A DNA stretch of 53,665 nt, taken from an uncultured Bacilli bacterium (GTDB lineage Bacteria > Bacillota_I > Bacilli_A > RF39 > UBA660). The position numbers and the translations under genes are program-made. Under the pieces are notes generated by a model, which made no database searches, had not been told where the DNA came from, and saw only the letters and a list, made by a program, of their open reading frames with translations. The DNA lies in the NCBI GenBank assembly GCA_934102055.1, contig CAKOSE010000004.1, forward strand, positions 1-53,665, in the 5' to 3' direction. Positions 15,277-25,795 of this stretch are shown piece after piece (position 1 is the first letter of the stretch; every line of letters begins with the position of its first letter).

Positions 15277-17314
15277 ATACTGTACCATCCCCCTTAAAAT
15301 TATACTTTTTAGTAAATAGATCTTTATTACTATTTCTATGTGATATTATTATTATTATTTTATCGTTATGTTTATTTATTATATTTTTTAATATTTTTCT
15401 CTCTTCTGAGATAGAAATTTCATTAAATACTTCATCCAAGATAAGTACATTTTTTAAATGTAATAGTCCTCTTGCTAGAATTATTTTTTTTCGTTCTCCC
15501 CCACTTAGATTCATACCATCTTCTTCTAAGAAGTAGTTAAGATTTGTTTTGTTTTTAGATAAGAATTCATTTAGTAAAGAAAGTTTACATACTTCATTTA
15601 TTTTATTTTTATCACTTGTTACTAGTTTGAAATTATCTAGTATAGTGCCTTGAAATAGTTCTTCGTTTTGACTTATGTATGTAATATTATTTCTGATAAA
15701 AGATAAATCTAAGTCTTTATGATTTATATTATCTATTAGGATTTTTCCTTCTTTTTGTGAGTAATACTTTAATAATAACTTCATCATGGTTGATTTTCCT
15801 ATTCCAGATTGTCCAGTTAAATAGATTCTTTCTCCTTTGTTGAAGTTACAGTTTATGTTATTTAGAATAACTTTATTATCGTTTTCGTATGTAACATTTT
15901 CGAATACAATACTTTTTATTTCAGAGTAGTTTGTTTTGTTAAACTTTTCTGGTTGCACTTCTAGAAGATCGAGTACTCTATCGGTAGAGGTTTGATATAC
16001 TTTATGAAGTACTATACTTTCCATTATGTTATCTAAAAGTCCCATGGTTAAATAAAAGAAACTTGAAAACAATATAATATCAAATAATTCCATTTTTAAT
16101 ATATGCATTATAAATATTGAAATAAAGATAAGCAAAACATAAAACGTATCTTCTAGTGAAGAAATAATAAAATTATAGACTGCATTAGTCTTGTTATATA
16201 TTTTGTTTTGAGTTAAAACATCTGTATATTTTTGGTTTAAGTTATTTGATATTTTTTTACTTATGTTTAAGTTTTTTATGGTTTCAAATGCTTTTATATT
16301 AGAAATAAGTAAGGATGTATAACTTATTTTATGGGTCTTATATTTAACAAATGAATCGTTTAGTTTGTATTGATAATTTTTTGTTATTATAAGTATTATT
16401 ACTACCATTAAGAAAAGAAATAGACCAACATAAATGTTTAGAAAACAAGTATAAATGATTACTACAAGTATAAGAATTAAATCTACTAGTGATAATATAA
16501 AAACTTTTGTTACTATTTCTTTAAAGATTTCTATATCTTCTACTACTGTCATTAATTCTCCAGACTGTTTTTGGATGAAGTACTTGTAAGGAAGATTTAG
16601 AATATGATTTATGACTTTGTTTGTTATATCTTTGTCTATTTTTGAGTTAAGTTTTATCATTAACCTATCTTTTATATAAGTTAAAATATTTTTAAAAAGA
16701 GCAAGTGATAAATATATAATACATATAATCAATAATAGATTAATTTTTTTATTATAAGTTAATACTAGTTTTAAATAATAATTAAAAATTAAAGATAAGA
16801 TAACTGTTACAACTGATAATATTACTGTCTTTGTGATGCTTTTTTTATTTGATTTTATTATTTTTAATATATGCTGTTTTAAAGGCTTTTCTTTTTTTGT
16901 TTTATTGTTTTTATTAAATAATAAAAAGATATTTGTGCTTATTTCATTGAATTCATCATAAGAAATTATTTTGATTCCATCTTCTGGATCCATCACTTTT
17001 AAGAGTTTTTTCTTTTTATCTTGTGCTAGTATAACTATAAAGTGAAACATATTTTTTCCTTTTATAGTATGAGCGATAGCGGGTAATTTTGAAAGATTAT
17101 TTATATCGGTTTTTATACCATAACTATCTATTCCATACGATTTACTTACTTTTATTAAATCATATGCTGTATAACCTCCATGTTTTTTATTCATATTACT
17201 TATTATTTTTTCCCTAGAGGGTTTTATTTTATAATACATGAGAATGGTCATTATACTTGCTACTGCACAATCATTATTATTAAGTTGTAACACATAGTCA
17301 TAATTTTTATTCAT
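15260..17314 (-). CDS. Bacteriocin-processing ABC transporter with N-terminal C39 peptidase domain
   Basis: C39 catalytic motif LNNNDCAVASIMTIL plus HFIVIL/DP. Six-TM domain. Walker A GQSGIGKST, signature LSGGERKK, Walker B ILILDE. RBS GAGGAGGATAAAATG. Confidence 0.9.
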   Translation of the reverse strand: MNKNYDYVLQLNNNDCAVASIMTILMYYKIKPSREKIISNMNKKHGGYTAYDLIKVSKSYGIDSYGIKTDINNLSKLPAIAHTIKGKNMFHFIVILAQDKKKKLLKVMDPEDGIKIISYDEFNEISTNIFLLFNKNNKTKKEKPLKQHILKIIKSNKKSITKTVILSVVTVILSLIFNYYLKLVLTYNKKINLLLIICIIYLSLALFKNILTYIKDRLMIKLNSKIDKDITNKVINHILNLPYKYFIQKQSGELMTVVEDIEIFKEIVTKVFILSLVDLILILVVIIYTCFLNIYVGLFLFLMVVIILIITKNYQYKLNDSFVKYKTHKISYTSLLISNIKAFETIKNLNISKKISNNLNQKYTDVLTQNKIYNKTNAVYNFIISSLEDTFYVLLIFISIFIMHILKMELFDIILFSSFFYLTMGLLDNIMESIVLHKVYQTSTDRVLDLLEVQPEKFNKTNYSEIKSIVFENVTYENDNKVILNNINCNFNKGERIYLTGQSGIGKSTMMKLLLKYYSQKEGKILIDNINHKDLDLSFIRNNITYISQNEELFQGTILDNFKLVTSDKNKINEVCKLSLLNEFLSKNKTNLNYFLEEDGMNLSGGERKKIILARGLLHLKNVLILDEVFNEISISEERKILKNIINKHNDKIIIIISHRNSNKDLFTKKYNFKGDGTVYEVKR

Positions 17315-17382
17315 TTTATCCTCCTCATATATATAATTACCAACAAGGAAGACTTTTTCCTTAATTTTTTGATAAAAAAGTT

Positions 17383-17416
17383 AAAAAAATAAAAAGATAA
17401 GTTTTAATCGCTTATC
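17383..17416 (-). terminator. Terminator of dnaE
   Basis: Stem GATAAG (last dnaE codons) / CTTATC, followed on the minus strand by TTTTTATTTTTTT. Confidence 0.55.
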
Positions 17417-20310
17417 TTAATTACTTCGTTACATATGATTTGGTATTCATTAAGTCTTCTTTCGACTTTTCCATTTACTTTAATTATTTCGTTTTTCTTT
17501 AGATTGTTTAATTGTTTGTATAGTTCGGGGAACATGACTAAAGTTGTATCTCCTGTATTGTCTGATGTTGTTACAAAGCACATAACTTCGTTTTTCTTGG
17601 TTATGATTTCTTTCTTTTTATCTATCATGACAATAACGCTTATTTTTTTGTTTAGATAGTTTTTTATATCTTTTATATCTGTTATATTGGTGTTGTTTAA
17701 TTTATATTTTTCAGTTTTATGACTAGTTAAATAAAAACCAAATACTTCTTTTTCTTTGTTTAGGATTTCTTCTTCTGGTAGTTCTGGTTTTAGTTCTATT
17801 TCTGGTTTTGCTAATGCACTATCGTCTAGTCCTATTGAAAGTTCTACGTAGTTTAAGATGTTATCTAAATTAGATATTAAGGTGTTTATGTTATAGAAAT
17901 TATCAAAGACGTGGGCATATATTAGGGATTCAAGTATTTTTCTATTGTTTGTTTTTGGATAAGTTCTTTTTAGGAAGTCATATATATCTTTATAAGGGGT
18001 ATTTCTTTTTTCTACGATATAATTTGATATAATACTACCGACATTTCTTATTCCTCCGAAGGGATATATAATTGTGTTTTCTTTGAATGTGAATTTATCT
18101 TCTTTGCTTAAATTTATATCTGGTGCTAGGACTTTGATACCTAGTTTTTTTACTTCGTTTAGGTATTCTTTTGTTTTTTCTTCACTTCCTATGACGCTTG
18201 ATAATAAATTGGCATAGAATTCTTTTGGAAAGTAGTATTTTAAATAGGCCATTTTATATGCTACTATGGAATAGGAAACTGAATGACTTTTGTTAAAACC
18301 ATATCCTGCGAAGGCAAGTATTAGATCGAATAGTTCTTTGGCTTTTTCTTTTGTTTTATTGTTTTTTAGGGATTTTTCTATGAATTTTTCTTCTTCTCCT
18401 TTTAAGATATCGTACTTTTTCTTACTCATTGCACGTCTTAAGAGATCGGCTTCTGCTAAGGTGTATCCTGCATATTTTCTTGCAATTAACATGATTTGTT
18501 CTTGATAGACTATTATTCCATATGTTTCTTCTAGTATTTCTTTTAAGTCATTATCTAAATATGTTATCTTTTCTTTACCTTCTTTTCTTTTTATGAAGGA
18601 TGGGATGTTTTTAGCAGGACCTGGTCTAAAGAGTGCTATGGCATTACAAAGATCTATGAAACTATCTGGTTTTAAATCTTTTAGAAATCTTCTCATACCA
18701 TCTGATTCGAACTGGAATATACCAGTAGTTTCTCCTTTTTTAAATAAATCAATTACGTTTTTGTCATCTAGGGGAATTTTGTTGATGTCTAGTTTTTTTC
18801 CTACGTTTGCTTCTATATCTTTTATGACGTTATCTATTATAGATAGGTTTTTTATTCCTAAGAAGTCCATTTTTATAAGTCCCAGTTCTTCTAGGTAGTC
18901 CATGGTATATTCAGTTAGGTTTATTTCATCGCTTTGTTTTATTGGTAAGACTTCGTAAAGTGGTTTATAACTTATGACAATACCTGCGGCATGGATACTT
19001 GTATGTCTTTTATTACCTTCGATTAAGTTTACTATATTATATAAAAGTTTTAGTTTATCATCGTTTTCAATCATTGTGTTTACTTCTTTATCACTGTGTT
19101 TAAGCTCTTTTAAAGTGCCTTTGAATGGTATTTTTTTGCAGATTATATCTATATACCGAGGTGAGATGTTTAGAACTCTTCCAACGTCTCTTACTGAGGC
19201 TCTTCCTCCGAGGGTTCCAAAAGTAATAATACCTGCGACGTTATCTTTTCCATATTTTTCTTTTACGTATTCTATGACTTGTCCTCTTTTTGTATCGGGG
19301 AAATCTGTATCTATATCGGGCATTGTTACTCTTTCGGGATTTAGGAATCTTTCGAATAAAAGGTTATATTTTATGGGATCTACATCTGTAATTCCTAAAC
19401 AGTATGAAACAAGGGAACCTGCGGCTGAACCTCTTCCTGGGCCTACTAAGATATTGTTTTGTTTTGCATATTTTATATAGTCATATACTACTAAAAAATA
19501 ATCTTCAAAATGCATTTTTAATATAATATCAAGTTCATATTTTAGTCTTTCGAGATAGGTTTTGTTTACATTACCATTTAATCTTCTTATAAGACCTTTT
19601 TTACTAAGATTACATAGAAATTCTTTAGAGTTAGGGACATCATACTTAGGCATGAATAGTTCTTTTTTAAAGGAATAGTTACACATATTGGCTATTTTAT
19701 TAGTATTTGCAATGGACTTATTGCTAACTCTTGAAAGGGCTTCTTCGTAAGTAAATAAGTAATTGTCTTGATAGATAAATTCTATTTTATCGCTGATTGT
19801 TTTTCCATCTCTTATCATAAAGATATAGGGTAAGTATTTATATAGGGCTTTTTCTAAATATAGGGTTTTGTTTATGAAGACGGTATTATATTCTTTGTAT
19901 TTATCTTCTTCTATTTTATTAGAGACTCCTATAAAGATATCATAAAAGTAAGGATTATATTCGTTATAGGTATCTATATCAAAGCAAATAAGAATTAGGT
20001 CTTTGGATAGTTTTATTATATCTTCTTTGGATAGGTTTTCTTTGTTTTTTAGGGTTTCTATTTTTACTAAGTTATAATAACCTTCACTAGTTTTTGCTAG
20101 TAAGATATATTTGTTAAGATCGAGTCCTATTAAGGGTTTTATACCGGCTTTTTTAAATTTGTGAGTAACTTCCATAGTGCCATATAGGTTATCATCCACT
20201 ATAGCACATGAGGAAATGTTTTTTTTCTTTAAATTATCTATTAAATCGTCTATTTTGATTAGACTTGATAATAAACTATAATCGGTTTTTATGTAAAGTG
20301 GTGTGTACAT
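17404..20310 (-). CDS. dnaE: DNA polymerase III alpha subunit, DnaE type
   Basis: N-terminal PHP domain, the FLNPERVTMPDIDTDF palm motif, GYGFNKSHS, an HhH region and a C-terminal OB fold. 968 aa. Confidence 0.9.
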   Translation of the reverse strand: MYTPLYIKTDYSLLSSLIKIDDLIDNLKKKNISSCAIVDDNLYGTMEVTHKFKKAGIKPLIGLDLNKYILLAKTSEGYYNLVKIETLKNKENLSKEDIIKLSKDLILICFDIDTYNEYNPYFYDIFIGVSNKIEEDKYKEYNTVFINKTLYLEKALYKYLPYIFMIRDGKTISDKIEFIYQDNYLFTYEEALSRVSNKSIANTNKIANMCNYSFKKELFMPKYDVPNSKEFLCNLSKKGLIRRLNGNVNKTYLERLKYELDIILKMHFEDYFLVVYDYIKYAKQNNILVGPGRGSAAGSLVSYCLGITDVDPIKYNLLFERFLNPERVTMPDIDTDFPDTKRGQVIEYVKEKYGKDNVAGIITFGTLGGRASVRDVGRVLNISPRYIDIICKKIPFKGTLKELKHSDKEVNTMIENDDKLKLLYNIVNLIEGNKRHTSIHAAGIVISYKPLYEVLPIKQSDEINLTEYTMDYLEELGLIKMDFLGIKNLSIIDNVIKDIEANVGKKLDINKIPLDDKNVIDLFKKGETTGIFQFESDGMRRFLKDLKPDSFIDLCNAIALFRPGPAKNIPSFIKRKEGKEKITYLDNDLKEILEETYGIIVYQEQIMLIARKYAGYTLAEADLLRRAMSKKKYDILKGEEEKFIEKSLKNNKTKEKAKELFDLILAFAGYGFNKSHSVSYSIVAYKMAYLKYYFPKEFYANLLSSVIGSEEKTKEYLNEVKKLGIKVLAPDINLSKEDKFTFKENTIIYPFGGIRNVGSIISNYIVEKRNTPYKDIYDFLKRTYPKTNNRKILESLIYAHVFDNFYNINTLISNLDNILNYVELSIGLDDSALAKPEIELKPELPEEEILNKEKEVFGFYLTSHKTEKYKLNNTNITDIKDIKNYLNKKISVIVMIDKKKEIITKKNEVMCFVTTSDNTGDTTLVMFPELYKQLNNLKKNEIIKVNGKVERRLNEYQIICNEVIKISD

Positions 20311-20407
20311 ACAAATACCTCCTTTTAGATAATTTTATCATACAATAGAAGTTTTTTTTATATTTTTTAGAAAAATAGTGATATAATTAACTAAAGGAGG
20401 AAGTGTC

Positions 20408-21187
20408 ATGAGTATTGGACTATTAGTTATAATTTTTATCATTATATTTGTTTTACTCTCTGGGATTAAACAAATAAATCAATATGAAAGAGGTATTAAA
20501 TTTTCACTTGGTAAGTTTTCTAAGATAATGGAACCTGGATGGAGACTTGTAATTCCTATTTTTCAATCTTATAAAAAGGTAGATATAAGAACAAAGGCTG
20601 TAGATGTTCCTGAGCAGGATGCTATTACGAAAGATAATGTTTCTGTAAAGATTAATGCTGTTATTTATTATAAGGTATTTGATGCTGCGAAGAGTATTCT
20701 TGAGGTTGAGAATTTCTTTTATGCTGTATCACAACTAGCTCAAACGACAATGAGAAATGTTGTAGGATCTGTATCACTTGATGAACTTTTAAGTGAAAGG
20801 GATAAGCTTTCAACAGAGATTTGTAATATTATAGATAAAGCAACTGATCCTTGGGGGATTAAAGTTGAGAATGTGGAACTAAAAGATGTGTCATTACCTG
20901 TAGAAATGAAAAGAGTTATTGCAAGAGTTGCTGAAGCTGAAAGAGAAAAACAAGCTGTTATAACTAAGTCAATTGGAGAAGTTGAGGCTTCTAAAAACTT
21001 AGCGTTAGCAGCAGAGACTATGTCGAGTGCAAACGGTGCTCTTCATTTAAGAACATTATCTACAATTAATGATATATCATCTGATCAATCTAATACTATT
21101 ATATTTGCCTTACCTATTGAAGTCCTAAGAGCAATCGAAGGAAGTAATATTGATTTAAAAAGTATGATAAAAAAGAAAGACAAATAA
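20408..21187 (+). CDS. SPFH/band 7 (stomatin-like) membrane protein
   Basis: N-terminal TM, INQYERGIKFSLGKF, a band 7 core and an AEAEREKQA coiled coil. RBS aaaggaggaagtgtcATG. Confidence 0.85.
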   Translation: MSIGLLVIIFIIIFVLLSGIKQINQYERGIKFSLGKFSKIMEPGWRLVIPIFQSYKKVDIRTKAVDVPEQDAITKDNVSVKINAVIYYKVFDAAKSILEVENFFYAVSQLAQTTMRNVVGSVSLDELLSERDKLSTEICNIIDKATDPWGIKVENVELKDVSLPVEMKRVIARVAEAEREKQAVITKSIGEVEASKNLALAAETMSSANGALHLRTLSTINDISSDQSNTIIFALPIEVLRAIEGSNIDLKSMIKKKDK

Positions 21188-21191
21188 AAAG

Positions 21192-21218
21192 CTTAAGAAA
21201 AAAATCTTAAGTTTTTTT
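21192..21218. terminator. Bidirectional terminator between the SPFH gene and the convergent 21225-21818 gene
   Basis: Stem cttaaga / tcttaag with an A6 loop, then a T7 run on the plus strand and an A-run upstream. Confidence 0.65.
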
Positions 21219-21224
21219 ATGTAT

Positions 21225-21818
21225 TTATATTTGTAATGATTTTAGAACTAGTTCATAGGCTTTTTTTACATCGATTTCATTTGATATATTAAGACCATAT
21301 GATTTTAGTTCTTTAATCATTGTTTTCTTTTCTTCTAAAATTTCTTCGTTTGATTTTTCTTCAAAATCATTTAAGTTTTCGTATTCTAATAATAGACCTA
21401 AGTTATTTACGTTTTGAAAGGCAAATTCTAAATTGTTTTTTTTCATGACTAGAACATCATATTTTACTTCGGTTAATTTTTCAAACTTTAATGCTTGGAA
21501 TAGTTTATATGCTATATTCAGATCTTCACAGTTTAAATTTATTTTTTCTTCTGAAATAACTTGATTATCATCGTATACTTTGTTTTTATATGTTATTTTT
21601 TTTATGACTTGTTCGTCATTAATTTTTAAATATCTTAAAAGAACACATGAAGATAAGATTTCAATAATATTTTTCTTGTTTAGGTCTTTCTTTTTTTGAG
21701 TTAAATAGATATCTTTTACTTTACTTTCTCTTACTTTTTTAAAGCCATGTTTTTCTAGTTTTTTGATTGCTTCTTCTAGTGTTTCATTTACTCTTGTGGT
21801 TATTTCTATTTGTTTCAT
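21225..21818 (-). CDS. Hypothetical protein, possibly a degenerate CYTH-like domain
   Basis: 197-aa ORF opening QIEITTRV, which resembles the CYTH ExExK beta-strand but is degenerate. The assignment is weak. Confidence 0.35.
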   Translation of the reverse strand: MKQIEITTRVNETLEEAIKKLEKHGFKKVRESKVKDIYLTQKKKDLNKKNIIEILSSCVLLRYLKINDEQVIKKITYKNKVYDDNQVISEEKINLNCEDLNIAYKLFQALKFEKLTEVKYDVLVMKKNNLEFAFQNVNNLGLLLEYENLNDFEEKSNEEILEEKKTMIKELKSYGLNISNEIDVKKAYELVLKSLQI

Positions 21819-21858
21819 TTTATAACCTTTTTATTATAATATTAATTTTATTGCTGCT

Positions 21859-22482
21859 TTAATTATTATGTAAAATATCTATATTATTTAAATCATCTAA
21901 AATATAAGAAGCACTAACTATTATATCGGTATTTTTTAAGTTACTAATTACCTTTTCATTTACTCCACCATCTACACTTATTTTATAATTATAATTGTTT
22001 TCTTTTTTTATGTCATATAATTTGTTTATTTTATTTGTTGTTTCTTCTAGATATTTTTGTCCGCTTTTTCCTGGGTGTACTCCCATTACTAGGACTAGGG
22101 ATATGTCTTTTAAGATGTGGGTTATATCTTCGATTTTTGTCTCTGGATTTATAGCAAGTCCTGCTTTTATACCGTTTGTTTTTATTTTGTTGATCATTTC
22201 TAAATAATTGTCTATTTCTTTATGAATGGTTATGTACTCTACTTTATGTCCTATTAAGGAATCTATATACTTTAATGGATTGTTTACCATTAGATGAACG
22301 TCATTTTTTTTATTTGACATGTCTATATATTTTATTAAGTCATTATTATTTAGATTGGTATTATCTACAAAAATACCATCCATTACATCGAAATGAATAT
22401 AGTCTGTTTTGGAATTGTTTAGCATTTTTATATATTCATCATATGAACCTTTTTTTAAAAATGATGTTGAAACTTCTTTCAT
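21859..22482 (-). CDS. rpe: Ribulose-phosphate 3-epimerase family protein
   Basis: HFDVMDGIFVDN, MGVHPGKSGQKY and VDGGVN motifs. Conserved position after rsgA. Confidence 0.8.
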   Translation of the reverse strand: MKEVSTSFLKKGSYDEYIKMLNNSKTDYIHFDVMDGIFVDNTNLNNNDLIKYIDMSNKKNDVHLMVNNPLKYIDSLIGHKVEYITIHKEIDNYLEMINKIKTNGIKAGLAINPETKIEDITHILKDISLVLVMGVHPGKSGQKYLEETTNKINKLYDIKKENNYNYKISVDGGVNEKVISNLKNTDIIVSASYILDDLNNIDILHNN

Positions 22483-22485
22483 GTT

Positions 22486-23310
22486 TTACCTCTTTTCTAT
22501 GAACTTTTTATAGTTATCGTATCTTGATTTGATTATTTTTTTGCCTACTTGTTTTTTTACTTCACATTCTTTTTCTTTTAGATGAAAACAGTTTTTATAG
22601 GGACACTTGTATTTAGAAAATTCTATGAAGGAATTTTTTATTTCTTCATCATTATATAGGGATAGATCTAGTGCAGAGAATCCTGGGGTATCTAGTACTT
22701 TTCCTTTTGCTAGATTAACAAGTGTTACATATCTTGTTGTGTGTTTTCCTCTCCCTAGGGCTTTTGATATTTCATTGGTTTCGAAGTTTAGGGTTTTGTC
22801 TAGTTTATTTAACAGGGTACTTTTTCCTGCGCCTGTTTGTCCTGTGAAAACAGTAGTTTTATTCTTGAAACATTTTTTTATTCTATATAATTCATTATTA
22901 TACAGAACTTTATATCCTAGGTGTTTATAATATTTAATTATTTTTTTTATTTCTTTATATTCGTTTTTTTGTAGTAAGTCTTTTTTTGTTAGACATATAA
23001 CTGGTTCTATGTTGTTTATGTGACATATAACTAGTAATTTATCTAGTAAATTAGTAGAAAGATCAGGACTTTTTAAACTTGTTATTATAAAAGCCTGATC
23101 TATATTACTTACACTTGGTCTTTCTAGTGAGTTTCTTCTTTTACAAATTTCTTCGATTACTTGTTCTTTTTCGTTAAAGATACAATAATCTCCGACTTTT
23201 AAAGTGAAATTCTTGTTTCTGAGTTTTCCTCTTGCTTTACATATATACTCTTTATTTTGATAAGAGACAAAATAATCATTACTTATTATTTTTATAATTT
23301 GACCTTTCAT
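22486..23310 (-). CDS. rsgA: Ribosome small-subunit-dependent GTPase A
   Basis: OB N-terminus, circularly permuted GTPase (TKKDL, GQTGAGKSTLLN) and a C-terminal zinc motif (CPYKNCFHLKEKEC). The start is set at MKGQIIK behind GAGGA. Confidence 0.9.
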   Translation of the reverse strand: MKGQIIKIISNDYFVSYQNKEYICKARGKLRNKNFTLKVGDYCIFNEKEQVIEEICKRRNSLERPSVSNIDQAFIITSLKSPDLSTNLLDKLLVICHINNIEPVICLTKKDLLQKNEYKEIKKIIKYYKHLGYKVLYNNELYRIKKCFKNKTTVFTGQTGAGKSTLLNKLDKTLNFETNEISKALGRGKHTTRYVTLVNLAKGKVLDTPGFSALDLSLYNDEEIKNSFIEFSKYKCPYKNCFHLKEKECEVKKQVGKKIIKSRYDNYKKFIEKR

Positions 23311-23317
23311 ATTATCC

Positions 23318-25048
23318 TCATTCACTATCTTTGCTTTCTTCATCTTGATTATCTTCATCATCTGGGTTTGTTTGGTCTTGTGTTTTTTCTTTTGAGATGG
23401 TTAAAGTGAGTGTTTGCCCACTTATTAGTTCATCTCCGGATGATTTTGATTGTTTTATGACTAAGTCTTTATCGTATTTATCTGTTTCTTCGTATTTGAT
23501 TTTTAGTTTTATATTGTTGTCAGAAGCCCATTTTCTTGCTTCTCTAAGAGTCCAACCTTCGCTTACCATGTCTGGGTAATATTTTTTGACGTTTGGTATA
23601 TAAAGTGTTATTTCAGTACCTTTATCTACTTCTTTTCCTGGATCGATTGATTGTCCTATTATGTTTTGTTCTTCGCTTTCACTTATTTGTGTATTAGTGT
23701 CTTTTTTCTCGATGTTTACTTTTAATCCTTTTAGTTCTAGCTGAGTTTCTATTTTTATGTAGTTTTCTCCAGAGTAATCTTCGATTTTTATTTTACTAAT
23801 TCCTTTGGATACTGTTAGAGTGACTTCGGTTCCTTCTTTGACATTTTTTCCTATTTTAGGATTTGTTTCGATTACTTTACCTTTATCTATCTTGTCTGAT
23901 GCTTCTTCGACTGTTCTAGCACTTACTGTTAGTTTAGACTTTTCAAGTTTTTTAGTAGCTTCTTCGACAGTAAGATTAGAAACGTCTGGTATAGTTACTT
24001 CTGGAACTTTTGTTATCATTGGTAAAATAAGAAGTGCAAATAAGGTAATGACTATTAATCCTCCCAGAACTGATGCAAGTATTATTACTTTTTTATTTTT
24101 TGGTTTTTCATCATCTTTTATTTCGCGAACTATTCCTTCATCTGCCATTTGTTTATCAACTATAACGGGTTCATCTTCAAGACCTTCGTCGTATTTAAGT
24201 ACTATTGGGGGTTCATTTATTCTTTCTTTGTTAAGTGCAGTCATTAAATCGTCATGCATTTCACTTGCATTGGCATATCTATTTTTTGGATTTTTTGCTG
24301 TTGCTTTAATTATTATGTTTTCTATACTTTGAGGAAGCTCTGGTAATTCTGTTCTTATAGATGGAATTGGTTCTTTTAAGTGTTTTAGTGCTATTTCAAC
24401 AGCATTATCTCCTCTGAAAGGGAGTACTCCGGTAAGAAGTTCATACATCATGATTCCTAGAGAATAAACGTCACTTTTTAGGGTAGAGCCTTTTCCATTA
24501 GCTTGTTCTGGCGGAAAGTAATGGACTGACCCCATAGCAGAATTTGTTTGAGTAAGCTGAGTAGCATTAAGAGCCATTGCTATACCAAAGTCTGTAATTT
24601 TTATCTCTCCATCGTCTTTAATTAAGATATTTTGGGGTTTAAGATCTCTATGTATTATAAGACTGTCATGTGCTACTCCCATAGCACTTGTTATTTGTAG
24701 CATTATGTCTACGACTTCTGCTGCAGTTAGTTTTTCTCTTTTTTTAAGTAGTTGTTTTAGGTTTTTGCCTTCAACATACTCCATCACTATATAATAGTCT
24801 CCATCGTCTTCTCCTACATCATAAATTTCTACAATGTTTGGATGAGATAAACTAGATGCTGATAGAGCTTCTCTTTGAAAACGTCTAACAAATTTTTCAT
24901 CTGATGCTAAATCTCCGCGAAGTACTTTTATTGCAACATTTCTATCTAGGATAGTATCTCTTGCTAGATAAACATTTGCCATTCCACCTTCACCAATAGT
25001 TTTAATTATTTCATATCTTGAATTAACTTTTTGCCCCTTTACTATCAC
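23318..25048 (-). CDS. prkC: Ser/Thr protein kinase PrkC with extracellular PASTA repeats
   Basis: Hanks kinase motifs (GEGGMANVY, HRDLKPQN, DFG), one TM and repeated PASTA-like modules. Confidence 0.9.
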   Translation of the reverse strand: MIVKGQKVNSRYEIIKTIGEGGMANVYLARDTILDRNVAIKVLRGDLASDEKFVRRFQREALSASSLSHPNIVEIYDVGEDDGDYYIVMEYVEGKNLKQLLKKREKLTAAEVVDIMLQITSAMGVAHDSLIIHRDLKPQNILIKDDGEIKITDFGIAMALNATQLTQTNSAMGSVHYFPPEQANGKGSTLKSDVYSLGIMMYELLTGVLPFRGDNAVEIALKHLKEPIPSIRTELPELPQSIENIIIKATAKNPKNRYANASEMHDDLMTALNKERINEPPIVLKYDEGLEDEPVIVDKQMADEGIVREIKDDEKPKNKKVIILASVLGGLIVITLFALLILPMITKVPEVTIPDVSNLTVEEATKKLEKSKLTVSARTVEEASDKIDKGKVIETNPKIGKNVKEGTEVTLTVSKGISKIKIEDYSGENYIKIETQLELKGLKVNIEKKDTNTQISESEEQNIIGQSIDPGKEVDKGTEITLYIPNVKKYYPDMVSEGWTLREARKWASDNNIKLKIKYEETDKYDKDLVIKQSKSSGDELISGQTLTLTISKEKTQDQTNPDDEDNQDEESKDSE

Positions 25049-25794
25049 TTGGAATCACTCCCTTCATTATTCCTTTTTAAACATGCAACTGAGATGTTAT
25101 CATTTCCTCCCCTATTATTAGCTTTTTTAATTAATTTTACAACTTGCTCTGAAACTGAAATATCTTCTAGAAGGACTTTTTCTATTGTATCGTCTGTTAA
25201 CATTGTAGTAAGTCCATCTGAACAAAGAAGAATTTCATCAATATCCATATTACAATCAAATACATCTATTTCTATTGGATCGTTTATACCTAGGGCATTC
25301 ATAAGGATATTTTTCTTTGGATGATTTTTTGCTTCTTCTTGAGTAAGCTCTCCCGCGGCAAGAAGTAAGTTTACTAAAGTATGATCATGAGTTACTTTGT
25401 GAAGTTTATTATCTTTCATTACATATCCGGATGAATCTCCAATGTTTCCAAATAGAATGTATTCTTCTGTTATAATAGCCATAACTAAAGTGGTCCCCAT
25501 TCCTTTACTTTCTGGGTTTTCTTCAGTATATTTAAATATTTGACCATTTATTTCATTAACACAAGTCTTAATCCATTCAACAGCTCCGGCTTTATTCATT
25601 TTGAAAAAGCTTTCCATAAATCTATTACTTAAATAACTTATTGCCAGTGATGATGCAACTTCTCCGGCTTTATGGCCACCCATTCCGTCTGCAACAGCCA
25701 TTAAAATAGAAGCATCACTATTCTTTATAATTATTACACTATCTTCATTATGATCTCTTACTATACCTGTATCAGTTAAATAGAATGTTTCCAT
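25045..25794 (-). CDS. stp: PP2C-family Ser/Thr phosphatase
   Basis: RDHNEDS, ADGMGGH and GGNDNIS motifs. Overlaps the prkC start. Confidence 0.9.
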   Translation of the reverse strand: METFYLTDTGIVRDHNEDSVIIIKNSDASILMAVADGMGGHKAGEVASSLAISYLSNRFMESFFKMNKAGAVEWIKTCVNEINGQIFKYTEENPESKGMGTTLVMAIITEEYILFGNIGDSSGYVMKDNKLHKVTHDHTLVNLLLAAGELTQEEAKNHPKKNILMNALGINDPIEIDVFDCNMDIDEILLCSDGLTTMLTDDTIEKVLLEDISVSEQVVKLIKKANNRGGNDNISVACLKRNNEGSDSK

Positions 25795-25795
25795 C

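Noticed and set aside
14986-15536. Plus-strand ORFs 14986-15255 and 15177-15536 across the bacteriocin locus
   Set aside because: They are antisense to the GG-leader peptides and the ABC NBD (Walker and signature motifs are on the minus strand). No RBS or motif.
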